Shown here piece after piece: positions 34,825 through 48,489 of a stretch of 64,000 nt of DNA. The position numbers and the translations under genes are program-made. Numbering within the stretch: the first letter of the stretch is position 1; each line of letters begins with the position of its first letter. The DNA comes from Dipteris shenzhenensis (taxonomy: Eukaryota). The stretch lies in assembly GCA_047967505.1 (NCBI GenBank), contig CM106538.1; one strand, 5' to 3'. Below the pieces are notes generated by a model. That model saw only the letters and a list, made by a program, of their open reading frames with translations. It was not told the DNA's origin and searched no databases.

Positions 34825-37740
34825 AGTAGAGTTAGCTGGTTCCCACATAGTTACACAAGAGTGGAGCATTGATATCTAACACCCCCCCTCAATGTCCACT
34901 CGCAAGTGAACTTACTTTTTCGGCCCCCAATGCCAAGTCGATGAAGATGCCTCTCTAGCAAGTCTCTTCCAAGAGCCTTCGTGAAGATGTCCGCAGTATT
35001 CTCTGTAGTTGAACAGTACACCAAGTCGACCTCTCCATCCATGATCAGCTCGCGTACAAAGTGATATTGAATCTCAATGTGTGTTGTGCGAGCGTGGAAT
35101 ACAGGGTTCTTTGCAATCACCATGCAACTTTGACTGTCACATGATAACTATGTAGGCTTGTTCTGCACTGCACCCATGTCCCCTAAAATCCTCCTCAACC
35201 ACACTGCCTCACAAGAAGCAAAACATGCTTATTTGTACTCAGCCTCAATAGAAAAAAGAGCAACTATGGGTTGCTTCTTGCTGACCCATGACATAGCTCT
35301 AGATCCAAGTGAGAAACAATAACCTGTCATTGATCTCCTACTGTCCACGTCTCCTGCCCAATCCGAGTCACAGAATCTGGTCAAGATGTTGCCCTTGGTA
35401 TAGGTGATGCCATAATTAAGTGTGCCTTTAATGTATTTCAGCACCCGCATCCCTGCCCTCCAATGCTTCTCCCGAGGTTTATTGGAAAACCTGCTTAGTA
35501 CACCAGTCACAAAACTGATGTCCGGCTGTGTGTTGCACAAGTAAATCAAATTGCCCACAAGCCTTCTGTACTTCGCTTCATCCACCAGTGGTGATGAATC
35601 CTCATTTGAGAGCTTCACGTCAATCTCCATAGGGGTGCCAACTGTCTTGCACTTAGCCATGCCAAATGCCTTCAGTATCTCTCTAGCATACTTTAGTTGT
35701 GAGATGATCTGTTTTGGCTCTTGCCAAACTTCAATCCCCAAATAGAAATGCATCAGTCCGAGGTCTATCATTTCAAACTCTCTTCCTAGCAAATGCTTTG
35801 TTTGCAAGATCTTCTCTTCATGGTTTCCTGTTATGACAAGGTCGTCCACATAAAGGACCACGATCATACACCTGCCTCCTTCTCTGAAAATATACAAATT
35901 TGCATCAGATGGGCTCCTCCTGAACCCGTTTTGCAGAAAGTAGGCATCAATCTGCTGTTACCACTCTCGTGGGGCCTGTTTCCAGCCCGTAAAGTGCCTT
36001 CTTCAATTTACAAACTTTACCTTCTAAACTGGGGATTAGAAAACCTGGTGGTTGTTCCACGTATAACTCCTCCTTGAGATCTCCATTCAGAAAGGCGGAT
36101 TTTACATCCATCTGAAACATGGGCCAACTTCCCTGGGCTGCTAAAGCCAAAACACTGTGAATTGTGGTTAGTCGAGCTGTGGGAGCAAAAGTATCCTAAT
36201 AATCAAAACCATGTACCTGTGTGAATCCTTTTGCCACGAGCCGAGCCTTGTACTTATCCAACATGCTGTTGGGGACTTGTACTTGGTCTTGTACACCCAC
36301 TTGGTGCCGATTACCTTGCATTTTGGTGGACGATCCATAAGGTCCCAAGTGTTGTTCTTCATTGTGGAGCCATACTCTGACTGCATAGCCTCCATCCACC
36401 TATCATCACCCTGTGCCTCTTCAAGACACTTGGGTTCTTTAGCACAGATCACCTTTGTCATCAAAGCATAGTTGACCAAGTGTTCCTGCGCCCTTCTTTG
36501 CTCCTCTAATCTCTTGGACCGGCGGTGTTCGGATGGTTCCTCCTCAATGGCTGGAGGTTCTCTACCATCCAAAAGCTACTTTACCCACTTCGGGAATGGC
36601 CATTGCCATTGTGGTTCTACAGCTCTTCTTCCTCTTCTTTATCTTGAATCCTCCCAAGCACCATTGGGGGAGTTCGTTCTGCTATTGGTGGTTGTACTGA
36701 ATGGATATCCTGGTCTTGGTTGTCTGGGAAGGAAGCATCCTCCTCCAATTGATGCAGTTGTTCTGAGAAGACCACATCGTGACTTACTATTACCTTCTTG
36801 GTAATAGGATTATAGAGACGGTAACCCTTCGCCTCTTTACTGTAGCCTAAGAAAATACACTACCGGCTCTTCGGTTCCCATTTGGTCCTGTTAGCATCAG
36901 GAACATGCACAAAATAGTCACATCCAAAAACTCTGAAATGTGCAACTGAAGGTTTCTTACCAGAAAAGGCCTGCAGTGGAGTCATCCCGTTCACAGCCTT
37001 CATCTAGCTATGATTCAGAATGTAAACTACCGTGTTACATGCTTCAACCTAGAAAGTCTTTGGCAAATCTTTCCCTTTCACCATACTCCTGCCCATTTCA
37101 TAGATGACATGCATCTTGCGTTCTACTACTCCATTTTTCTGTGATGTATGTCATGGGGGTTTCTGCCTCTTGATCCGGTGACTTTTGTAGTAACTTTCGA
37201 ATTCACTTGATGTGAACTCACCGCCTCTGTCTCATCTCAACTTCTTCACCTTCCTCCCCGTTTCTTTCTCGACCATTACGTGCCATTCTTTGAACTTACT
37301 AAAAGCCTCATCTTTAGTCTTGAGGAAGTATTTCCATATCCTTCTACTATAGTCGTCGATCAGTGTCATGAAGTAGTAGGAACCACCCAAAGCTTCCGTC
37401 TCCATCTTTCCGCAGAGGTCTGTCGATGCTGCTTGCCCATCATGCAAGCTTTAGGAAAGGGCTGTCGATGCTGCTTGCCCATCATGCAAGCTTCACATAC
37501 ATCGAGCAGATCTATAATTTCTGGTAGGTCTGCAATCATTCCACTTTTATGCATCTCCTTTAAAGAACTAAGTTTTACATGATGATAGCTTAGTGTTCTT
37601 TACATCCGCTAAAGCATTGAAAGCTCAGAGTTTGTAGATGTTGTTGCGCCGTGTACCTTTACCAATGACCTTCCCTTGAAGATCCAAAATCTGTGCACCA
37701 TTCTTATCGAATTGAACTTTGAGGTCCTGATCCAGCTAGA
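34825..37740 (-). mobile_element. Degenerate Ty1/copia element D (IN-RT-RH, PPT, LTR start at 34881)
   Basis: CEACMMGKQHR (duplicated at 37420-37493), IDDYSRR, QMDVKSAFLNG, YVDD, CDSDWAGD, ADIFTK; PPT GAGGGGGGG then TGTTAG. Confidence 0.88.
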
Positions 37741-39140
37741 TTTTGTATGCACAAATACCCCAAACCAAAAACTTGCACAGGGGGGTAGCACGCAGGGCAT
37801 CAGATACAATAGTCATCTATGATGGGGGTATGGCAGACCGTGCATTTCAGACTCTACTACTGCATAGTAGGATAGGCATCCAATTTAACTATTGTGGCCG
37901 TCAATACCATAGTCTTGCTCTGTACATGATGAAGTTGCTTCTTGATTCCATCCTCCCTCATCCTAAGGCTATGGATGTTCTCCTTCATCTCCTCCACTTT
38001 TTTCTCACTCGGTGCAACAGCTTCATCTGAATCCCTCAGCATCTGTTAAATTGCCACAATCTGAATTCCTTAACATCTAAAGTTGGTTAAATTGCTCATA
38101 AACATCTTCATGGGCCATTTCCAAGACTTCCACTCTATATTGGAAATCTCTCAGGATGATGGACTACTTTTCATAACTGTCAAAAGCCATGGCAAACTCG
38201 TGCATAGCCCTATTGTAATCTTGTTTCTAGGGTCTTGTAGCTTACTCTTTGGACTTCCAACAGTGTTTTGAAAAAACAACCCTCACCGTGGCCTGCTACA
38301 ACTTGCTCCACCGTGGTTGCTCTCTACTTCCTTCCTAGCCTAGAGAGTTGCCTCATTGTCTTCTCTACCCTGGCTACTCTCTGTCCCATTCTTCCTGGCC
38401 TTGAAGCTCATTCGCAATTCTTGCATCACGTTTCTGGTTTCTGCATTCTCCCTTTTCAGCTCCTCCATCATCTGGTTTTTTTCAATGTTCAATGCATTCT
38501 GCATGTTGCAGAGCCATTTGTAAAGACCCTCCTTTTTGGCTCTCTGATATTCAAGATCCTTTCACATCTTTTCTAGCTCTGTGTCCACCATGTCCCCACC
38601 ACTTCTCACTTCTTCAAGCCTATCTCAGAGCTCCTTCATGCACTTTTCTACTTCTTCTCTTCTATGCCTTTCCATGTTGACCATTTTTGTAGTGGCCTCA
38701 GCTTACTCTTGTGCTTGCAAGGCCCTCGCTTATGCCTCCTCTACCTTGGCTTCTGCACCTTCCCTCAAACTTTTCTCAAGTTGCACTGCCTTGCTTCATC
38801 GGTGTAGAAAAGTCACCTTCTGAGACATCTACTTATCGTATTGCTCAAAAATCCCTTTGAGGATAGATGCCATCAGGTGCATTGCAACTCCAGTGGACTG
38901 AGATGACAATTGGGATTTGCCATCCACGTAATTCTTCAAGTTGGTTAGCACGCTCTTGGAGATTGCCCTTGAGAAAGATACATCATGCCCTTTCTGTTGC
39001 TCTACTACTGCTTGAACCTACCAGAACTTGCAGGTTCCTCTCGTATATGGAAAGAAGTAAATGGTCTTCTTCAGCACATCTTGGAGGTCTCTTGGCAAGC
39101 TTGAAATCTTGACTCCACCATATTTACTAATCAGAGCATT

Positions 39141-40997
39141 GGGGTATACATCTAGAATATCCTATCTCTTCTAGTGCTTCTTAAAGAAGTGTGCCATATC
39201 ATCAATTGAATTTTGCTTAGTTGCATAATTGAATACATTTTCCTTGGTACACAAATATATAACTCCAAGAATGGTGGCTATCATAGATCTTCTACTTGCC
39301 AACGTGTTGGTCATCATAGACCTCCTCTTGGAATATGTAAAAATAGGTAACGGAGCTATAACTCTAGTGCGGTGGTCTCTCTAAGACAACCTTGAATTTT
39401 GGGCGATGACAGGTCGTCACGCGAGATACTGCATTGAAGTGATTCTTAGAATGATAGCTTGTGTCTCGTTACTATTCTAGAAACTAGCATGGTGGTCTCA
39501 CTAAGCCAACCTATGATTTGCCTAGGCTGCAGCAAAGATGTGGCAAAAGGTTGCACGATGATAGGTGGTCAAGCCAAAGACTGCACTACGGTGGTGTTCA
39601 AAATGATAGATTGCATCTAATTATTATGCCAAGAACCAGTGCGGTGGTCTCTCCAAGCCAACCTTCAATTTTAATGATATGCATGGGTGCGGTGCCCAGT
39701 GACATGTGTGGCAAAGCTACGGTAAAAGGCTACATGATGATAAGTGGTCAAACGGCTTAGGCCAGAGATTGCACTACCCAAAGCAATGTAAATATGCTAT
39801 GTGTCAAGCTATGCAATGTTTAGAACAAATAGATTGTGTCTCATTATTATGCTAGTGTGCGTTCATCACATCAAAAAAATTTCTAGCGAGAGCACAAGTC
39901 TGCATAAAATTCAAATATTCACCTAGGAGCGCATCACATCGTGGCTCCAAAATGGCTCTGAAAATAGTTCTACGAATGGCTACACCCAAGCAAATGTCGA
40001 CCTTGGCACATGGTTCAATGTTTGCTTGGGTGTAGCCAATCATGGAACTATTTTTGGGGCCATTTTGGGGCTACGATACAGTGCAATCCTAGGTTAATAT
40101 TTGAATTGTGCGTGGTCCTACGGTCTCATCGGAATTTTCCCGATATCATGAAGGTGCACTGGCATAATAATGAGATGCAATCTATTTGTTCTGAACGTCG
40201 CATAGCTCGACACACAGCATCTCTGCATTGCTTCATGTAGCACAGTCTCTGGCCTATGTTGCCTGATCACTTATCATCACGCAACCTTTTGCCGTAGGTA
40301 TCGCACCCATGTAGATCATTAAAATTGAAGGTTGGCTTGGAGAGGCCACCGTTGTAGTTCTTGGTGTAGTAATTAGATGCAATCTATCATTCTAAACACC
40401 GCCGGACTACAATCTCTGGCCTAACCACCTATCATCGTGTAGCCTTTTGATGCATCCTTGCAAGCATCCCATGCAAATCATAGGTTGGCTTGGAGAGACC
40501 ACTATGCTAGTTTTTGGCATAATAATGAGATGCAATCTATCATTCTGAGCATCGCCTCAGTGCACTCTCTGGCCTAACGACTTGTCATCGCCCAAAATTC
40601 AAGGTTGTCTTAGAGAGACCACATGTTGGTTCTTGGAGTTATAGCTCTGTTACCTATTTTTATGTATTACAGGAGGAGGTCTATGATGACCAGCATGTTG
40701 GCAAATAGAAGGAGATCTATGACAGCCACCGCGCTAGTTCTTTGAGTCATATATTTGTGTACCAAGGAAAATGTATTCCATTGTGCAACCAAGCAAAATG
40801 CAATTGACGATATGGCCCTTGAGGGGTCCCCTCTAGGGGCAAGGGCCATATCGATGTGCATTATACAATATCCAAGATGCCACTGGACAGAAATGGCATG
40901 TTAATATGGCCCTTGCCCCTAGAGGGGACCCCTCAAGGTCCATATTGTCAATTGTGTTTTCTAAAAGTTTAATTGTATTTTTCTAGATGTATCTCCA
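39141..40997. mobile_element. Foldback/MITE-like palindromic element with ~800-bp inverted arms
   Basis: 39193-39994 is an imperfect reverse complement of 40021-40817; outer IR GGGGTATACATCTAGAA / TTCTAGATGTATCTCC; no convincing ORF. Confidence 0.75.
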
Positions 40998-42139
40998 TGC
41001 AACCACAACTGTGGGATCGTTGGAGTTATTTTAGCACTATTTTGGTCATAAACCAAAGAAATTGTAGTCCTTCTTTCCTGGTATTTTAGTCCTTATTGCA
41101 GTAAATATAAATGAGGGCAAAAGTACAATTTATCGAGTGAGAATTGAGCAAAAGAGATTACAATATACATCTACGTCCAATAATAGGTTATATAAAAATT
41201 ATCAACTTATACCGAGCAAAAATTGAATAGAGGATCTTACATTTATAAAAACTCGGCAATTGCTGAGAGCCTTAAAGGCCAAAAGATTACAGGTAGTAGC
41301 TATAACCATTCAAATATACAAGTTACAACAGTGCATACTGAGAACCTTAAACTGAATAAAAAGATATTACATAAATGCCTTAGAGACCAAAACATAACAT
41401 CCAGTGAGCCAAAAGATTGTTGAGAGCCCAAAAGATTACATCCAGCCATTGTTAAGAGTCTCGTTTGAGCAAGAGGGATTTTATACAACTCAGTTTTCTG
41501 CCAATCTAGCTTGTTGCATTAAAAATTTTTAGGGAGCCAAAGCAGGATACGATGGAGAGGCCAAAGACCATGCACATTGCCAGGACTTAGATTATGGCCC
41601 GCCCAACAAGTCGAGAGTACTTTGCTTTGAAAATATTGAGGCCTTCGTCGACATCTAGGGGGAACCCATACAACACAGCCATAAAGAGGCCCTCTATGAG
41701 CATGTCATCTAAAGTAGTGACATGCAGTGTTGTGGGGAATCGACTGTGGGAACGAAGGGTCTACACTAGTGCTAGAATTTCTACTCCAAGTGAGTGCAAT
41801 GCAATCGCCTTATATGAGAAGGCAAATAACATTGCGATCACAGAGCCTCGAGGGGGGGTGGTAGTAGGCCCCTAGTAGGCATGCTGAAGATGAGTGGGTG
41901 AGCAGTAGATGAGTGGGTGAGTAGTAGATGAGCAGGGGAGCATATGAGTGATGAGTTGGAGGAGGGAGCATGGAGCAAAGTAGAGCAAGGGCGGAAAAGA
42001 GCTAGAGGAGGGGTGTGGAGCAAAGTAGCAGAGCATGGGCAGATCCGAGCAACGTAGTAAAATTATACAAATTGCTTCTACAGACTCTTCCCACGTCAGA
42101 CTATCCGAAAGAAAGCTTTCCTTCATTCATTGAACTAAC

Positions 42140-42631
42140 TCACAATAAACAAAGAGATGTTCCAAAGATAGTAGTACTACTAGTAGACAGAGCTTGAATA
42201 CAAAAAAGTTGGGTAGCCCTTCCTAGGGTCACACCCGTAGGGCTGCTCCAGTGACTACAACGAAGAACTGATCTGATACAATGGACTAGGAAGGTCGCCT
42301 CTTTATAGCTATGAGGGCGGTAGTCAGATCAACATTGTCGGTGGAGGCGACCATTCAACCTAGTCGATGGAACCGACTAGTTGTCCATGGAATATTCAAG
42401 GAATATTCCCTATACCTTCACCAGTGAGAGCAAGGGGCTCCCACACAATCACGCCAATGTACCTTGTTGTGCTACTAGCTTACCTACCCTGCCTAGCCCA
42501 TAGGCTAGACTCACATAGATCACCTTTCTACCATCAACGATCTCATTGATAGACCTCATCTGACATGCAAGTCAGGATCCATCGAGTGTCCCAGGCTCAC
42601 ACATGGCTTCTCCTCATATGGGGGCCTTACA
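42140..42631 (-). mobile_element. LTR-like fragment (left boundary approximate)
   Basis: Minus-strand start TGTAAGGCCCCCATATGAGGAG; TATA-like CTATAAAG on minus near 42305. Confidence 0.4.
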
Positions 42632-42903
42632 ACTTGAGCACCTTGGACCACTGGTGGTTACCAGGAGGGTGGGGCATTGAACATACACCGCTCTCTCCCT
42701 CAGGATTTCACCCCACACAATGATCTCCTCTTCAATTTTTAAACACTCGTGAACTCACTCGACTCCTGCACTTTAACCCCCTTAGTACCCCCTTCCCCTT
42801 CTCATCCCTTGGTAGCTCTCTCCCCTCCTCTCTCTACGACAAAGTCACTCTTGACTCTCAAATACTAATCAAGCAGCACCCCCCACACTATCTTCACTCC
42901 CCT

Positions 42904-42905
<2 letters not shown>

Positions 42906-42945
<40 letters not shown>
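42906..42945. repeat. (CT)n microsatellite
   Basis: Seen directly. Confidence 0.95.
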
Positions 42946-42947
<2 letters not shown>

Positions 42948-45900
42948 AGGCCCCCTCAACTCTGCCACACTGTGGAATGGTCTATCGCCCCTCTTCTGTC
43001 AAGGTGCTTCTTGCCTCTTATAAAAGGGGATGCACTGCCGGACATGGGACTTGTCCTTCAAATCACCCCAAGTTGAATGGGATGATGCCGCGATAGCATC
43101 TTAGCCTTAACTTGCAAACCAATAAAAGATGAAGTTAGTCACATCACCATTGGTGCATTTTGCAATTTCCTTTCAATTCTCATCCCTCGCTCCTTAGGGT
43201 CAACCTATAATCACTTTCATGAACCCACACTAGAACATGGTGAGATCCATGACAAATGATTTGCACACTATGCAAGGGGTATGGCGATTTCACAATTTTC
43301 ATGGTTGGTCTTTGGAAAGTTCACCACACCCCGTGAAGATGCTTATATAAGGATGAGGGGAGGCTGAGTGCGAGGTGAGTGGAGGTGGAGAGGGTAGATA
43401 GATCAAGCACATGAGAGGTTTCTGATTGTAATCTAGCATGGATGGAGTGAATCAGAGCACGTGCATGTTGAAATCTTGCTCGACCCTAGGGGCACATGAG
43501 AGGACTAAAATCTAATTGCATGGTCCTGCATTCCTATTGGATACCCCCTCCTACCAAACCTTACATGATTGTGCAATCTGTTTGCATCATCCAACTGCCT
43601 TGTGCCGCAACCTTACCGGAACTTTGCCAAAAAGCCTCCATGTGCCCAGGGTAACAGAGGGCAAGGGGGCAGTAATATATGAGGGAAGAGAGGGCAAGAG
43701 TTGTGGCAGTTGAGAGGGAAGCGAGGGAGAGAGGGGAGTGGGTGAGTGGTGTCTAAAGGGAGGGAGAGAGGGGCAAAGGGCAGGAGGGAGGGGAGTGGAG
43801 GAGAGTTGTCAAGGCAGGGTGGGAGGGGAGCAGAGAGAGAAGGTGGAGGTCGAGGTGGAGATGGATGCGATGCAAGGCATAGATGTGAGGTGGGGCAGAA
43901 ATTATAGGACTTCTAGCCTAGGTTAGCAAGTTAATTAGATGCATTTGGCTTAGGTTAATATGTTGATTAGATTGCAGTTAGGCACCAAATAATAAGAATT
44001 TATTACAATAGGAGTGTTCACATACAACATTTTTCTTAACAGATACAAAAATCTTCATATTGAAAAGCTAAAAGGTTTTTATTGAAGTTTTAAGCAAAAA
44101 TTATAAGTAGAATGCCTTGAAATTTGCAAGTTTTAAAACCTTTTGTTCTCACATTTGGAGGTTAATTTCTGAAATTTGCCATCGGTTTTTCATGAACACA
44201 GGTTAAAACCTCTTATTTTCAAAATCGAAGGTTAATAACCAAAATTTACCATTCGCTTGACGTTAACCCTCGGTTCTTCGCGAACACTACACAACCAAAC
44301 TTCTTTCACTCACAACAATTGCACACCCGAAAAAGATCGCTATCATGGGAATTACAAGCCAGTGCAACATACCTCTGAGCAGAGGCTACAAAGCAAGAGA
44401 GCACAATGAGGTGTCCATGTATCAAGAGGACTCGAACTAATGTCTTTAAAATGAACTTTGAATAGGAGATATCACCATGGCATAAGGGAATTTTATATTT
44501 TGGTTAGTGACATATGATACTAACTTATCTCTTACTTTCATAATGCAAGGTCAAATGAATGATTCCCCATTTCAACTTTAAATGAGAGGATTGAGATTAA
44601 ATGAAGCTTTTGGAGGGACAAGATGTTACCTTTTTCATAACAAGCACCCAAAAAGACATGGTTTGAAAGGATAATAAGCAAAGATATAATATATGTTAAC
44701 TTATGAAATTTGAACAAGCATACAAATTTGAAGGATTTTTTGGAAGTGTTACATGAAATAGGGAGAGTGGTCCAATTACATCTAGTAGCAAGGATCTATA
44801 ACATGGAGAAAATCATCATTTGATGGCATTGTATGACACAATTAGATGAGACGAACCCCACTTGCCCACTACTTTGGCCGGTAAAATAGAAGATGCTCAA
44901 TTTGCGAGGCAAAGGGCAAGCTTATATAATGTAAAAAGCTAAGATTAAAACTCAGGGGGCCACAGCGATGACATCATACCTTAACAAGACAATTGAAAGA
45001 AACATGTTTATTCATAGTAAAAGGGAGTTACGTGGTCCTATTTTGAGTATTATTTAAAATTATATTTCTTCTAAACCTCTTCACGGAGGCCTTTTTCACT
45101 AGCCCTATCACTATATCCATTAACTTTTCTGAGAATTCCTAATCCATCCATTAACTTTTCTCAGAACACCTAATACTCACAACATTACTCTATGTAAACA
45201 TCAAAAGTATATGCATGATTTTCCAACATATTATGGGGTAAAGTCAACAACTTTGCTTCCATACATGATACAAGCTTTCCATTCTACCTTTTTCTTTTAA
45301 AGAGAAATAAATAACCTAACTTGTTAACATGAATGTTTGATTCACCTCTAAGGATTACATTTGGATTAGTCTATCATACATTGATATATTGAATACTTAC
45401 TAGCTTGGTTCTCCACTCCAAGATTTTCTAGTGGGCATTCCAAACATCACATTTTAAGCCTTGTGTTATTCTTTTAGGTCTAGTTACTCATTGTTAGTTC
45501 AGTTTTCCACTATAAATTTGCCATTACTTTCTAGTGTGTATTCCAAACATCACATTTTTAAGCTTTTATTTTACCTCCTCAATATCAGTTATTACTATGA
45601 AAAGTGGAGAAATATAAGGTTTTGAAAGTTTTGCATTTTTTTGAATGTACCTGAGACAATGTACCCAAGATAAGGAGATTTCAAGTAGTGAATCTTTTGA
45701 ATGAAGACAACTAAACAAAAGGTCAATTGTGTGAAATTGATATTCTTGACCCAACTAGGACAACACCGGCTTTGTGTTTTTAAAGCACACAATATCCAAT
45801 GATGCTTGAGTTACATCATGTAGAATCCAACCAAAGTAAGATTGTCCCTCCAAAGTTGTGGTCATTTCTCCCTTACAATGTCCACAAACTTGCATGGACA

Positions 45901-46407
45901 CTTATGATTACATAACCTATGATGCCTCTTGCAAACATGCCCCACGAGAGGACAATATATTGAAAATTTTAGAAAGAAAAATAGAGAGAGTACCACACCC
46001 TTTATATAATTATCATTACCATTCAATCTCTTATATTATCAACCGACCATGTACCTTGAGTGAAACTAGTGTTTCTCTTCTAGTAGTTCAACCAACGTTT
46101 TGTTGGACAACAAAATTGTGGGTTAATATAAAAATTATAGCAAGAAACATATAGTTATGTCATTGAGGGGATGCTACCAAACTTGCACAAAGTTTTACTA
46201 TTGAACCCCAAAAGTGACATTTCAAGGATTCAATCAAGACTGAAAGCGAGTGCTCCAATGAAGAGCAAAGCAAATGAAGAGTGAAACAAATGAACTGAGC
46301 TCCCAATCAAGGAGTGAATGGAAGGGTTGGGTGAAGCAAGGACTAGCCCATATCCTCCTATCAATGTTGTGTCCCGGATGCCCGATCCCCTGTAGATGGT
46401 GCTATAT

Positions 46408-46410
<3 letters not shown>

Positions 46411-46480
<70 letters not shown>

Positions 46481-46491
46481 TTCTCTGTCTC

Positions 46492-46557
<66 letters not shown>
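46411..46557. repeat. Long interrupted (CT)n microsatellite
   Basis: Seen directly. Confidence 0.97.
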
Positions 46558-46559
<2 letters not shown>

Positions 46560-47757
46560 AATTCATCATTACATTCTATGTTATGTGCTGCCCCTTGCCC
46601 TCACTCTACACTTTCGCTTCATGACAATTCCAATTGCTCAATGAGGGCAACACCCCACTGTTCATATGGAAAACACAATTGCCTCACACACATGATTGAC
46701 TAAGGGCCATATGATGAATTTAGGAACCAACACACACCACAGTTAACACTTATTAGCTTATCCAAGAATAGATTCAATGTAAGTCAGTAAGCGCAACTAA
46801 ATACATTGTGAAGTATGAGACCATGATCTTTAACAGTAAGTACCTTTACAATCATGATGCTTTACCTAGATTATGCACAAGTAGCAAGGTTTTAACTCTC
46901 ATAAGTTGTATTTTTGCACTACTCTTATGCATAACTGAGAAGAATAGCTTAAATATGGGTCTCTATACAAAACAAAAATTGAACATTTTATTAATAGATT
47001 AGGAGGGAGCTTTTAGAGATTGTAAGATTGACATAAAACGAATTGAGTTTATTATGTTTTAAAGTTGATTTTTGGTCCATTTGTTTTCAAAACCCTTGCA
47101 ATATGTGAGACTATTATAAGTCTCAATTTGTGGGCTATATGATGTTTAATGAATCCATCATTATTTCGACTACTTTTAATCACATCAAGGTGCAGGTGCA
47201 TCTCCAACATTGATGTGTTATACTTTGTCAAACGTTTAGTGTTGGAAATATTGCAATATTTAAGGCAGTGACCAATGCATTATGTAGTTAGGAGGGTTAG
47301 AGACACTTTTCCTCTGTAACATTTTCCACTCAACCATAGTTGGTGGTTGACTTAGTGGTTCGCTCAGTTTTAACTCACCCTAGGGTTTACAAGGGGTTTA
47401 CTAAGGCTTTTAGAGTTCTATCATTTTGACATCCTCTTTGCACTTCATTCTTGCAATTTCAATTCACACATTTCTACTCTCCCCTCCATCTCCACTTCTC
47501 ACATATAGCAATACCTATCCTTACCCATTGTTATTTAGTTGCACACTTTTAAAACCATTCTTGATTCGCTCTTAATTGTGGATAATTTATATTGTAGGAG
47601 ATCAATATTATTTTACATCATTGTTGATGGTACAAGATCTGTCTTTGGATTTTACTATTTGACATTTGTTTGTAAGTTCAACAAGTTGGCTTGATCATCT
47701 CATTGTAGTGAGGTTTTCTCATTAATGACACCACCAATCTCCAAGCACCTAAATTAT

Positions 47758-47898
47758 TAGCCTAAGCATAAAGGATCATAATGGCTCAGTGTGTGAACCT
47801 AATAAGCAAGTAGAAGTGGTCTAATTTTGTAGCCTAAGCATAAGGGATCATAATGGCTCAGTTTCTCAACATAATAAGCAAGCAGGAGTGGTCTAATA
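47758..47898. repeat. Two-copy 72-bp tandem repeat
   Basis: tagcctaagcataa.ggatcataatggctcagt at 47758 and 47830. Confidence 0.85.
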
Positions 47899-48489
47899 GT
47901 ACAACAAAATTTTATGGGAGAAGAAAGTCTTCTGAGACGAAAAGTGTGAAGGACGTATGCTAGAAGAATCGAAATTTGATATGTTGCTTTCTTTTCATTG
48001 CATGAGTCTTGTACTCTCAGTATTCCAACATCAGTCTACTCCTCAATGACTAGTGTTGATCCATACATCCATGAGTATTGTAGAAGCAAGTTGTTTAAAG
48101 GATGCCTGATTGGATTCATGTGCATTTGCTTAGGAGAATATGCATTGTGATGGGTACCCTTAGGGGCGTGACCAATGGCTTGGTCTATGATGTGCCCATG
48201 ACATGCTTACAATCATTGTGAGAAGAAGCTTTTGACCATGCATACACAGTTTGATCTGGCATGTCCATCCATAATGTGCAAGCAATCAAAAGCTTGATTT
48301 TTTCCTGTTTGGCCTTCGAATGCTGGATGATGCCTGAAAAAGCCGTATTAGCCAATAGAGAGGAAAGCAGAGTCCAATGAATCTACTAAGGACTCGTCCC
48401 ACACGTCGCAAACAGACAGGGACAGTCGAGTTGAACGCTCCCACATCGGCCCAAATATCAACAACCAACATAGTAGTTGTGTTGTGTCA

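Noticed and set aside
44000-46300. Possible gene or TE coding region
   Set aside because: AT-rich with no convincing motif; at most an unassignable ancient repeat.
46274-46644. SL- or ER-repeat proteins
   Set aside because: Artefacts of the (CT)n microsatellite.
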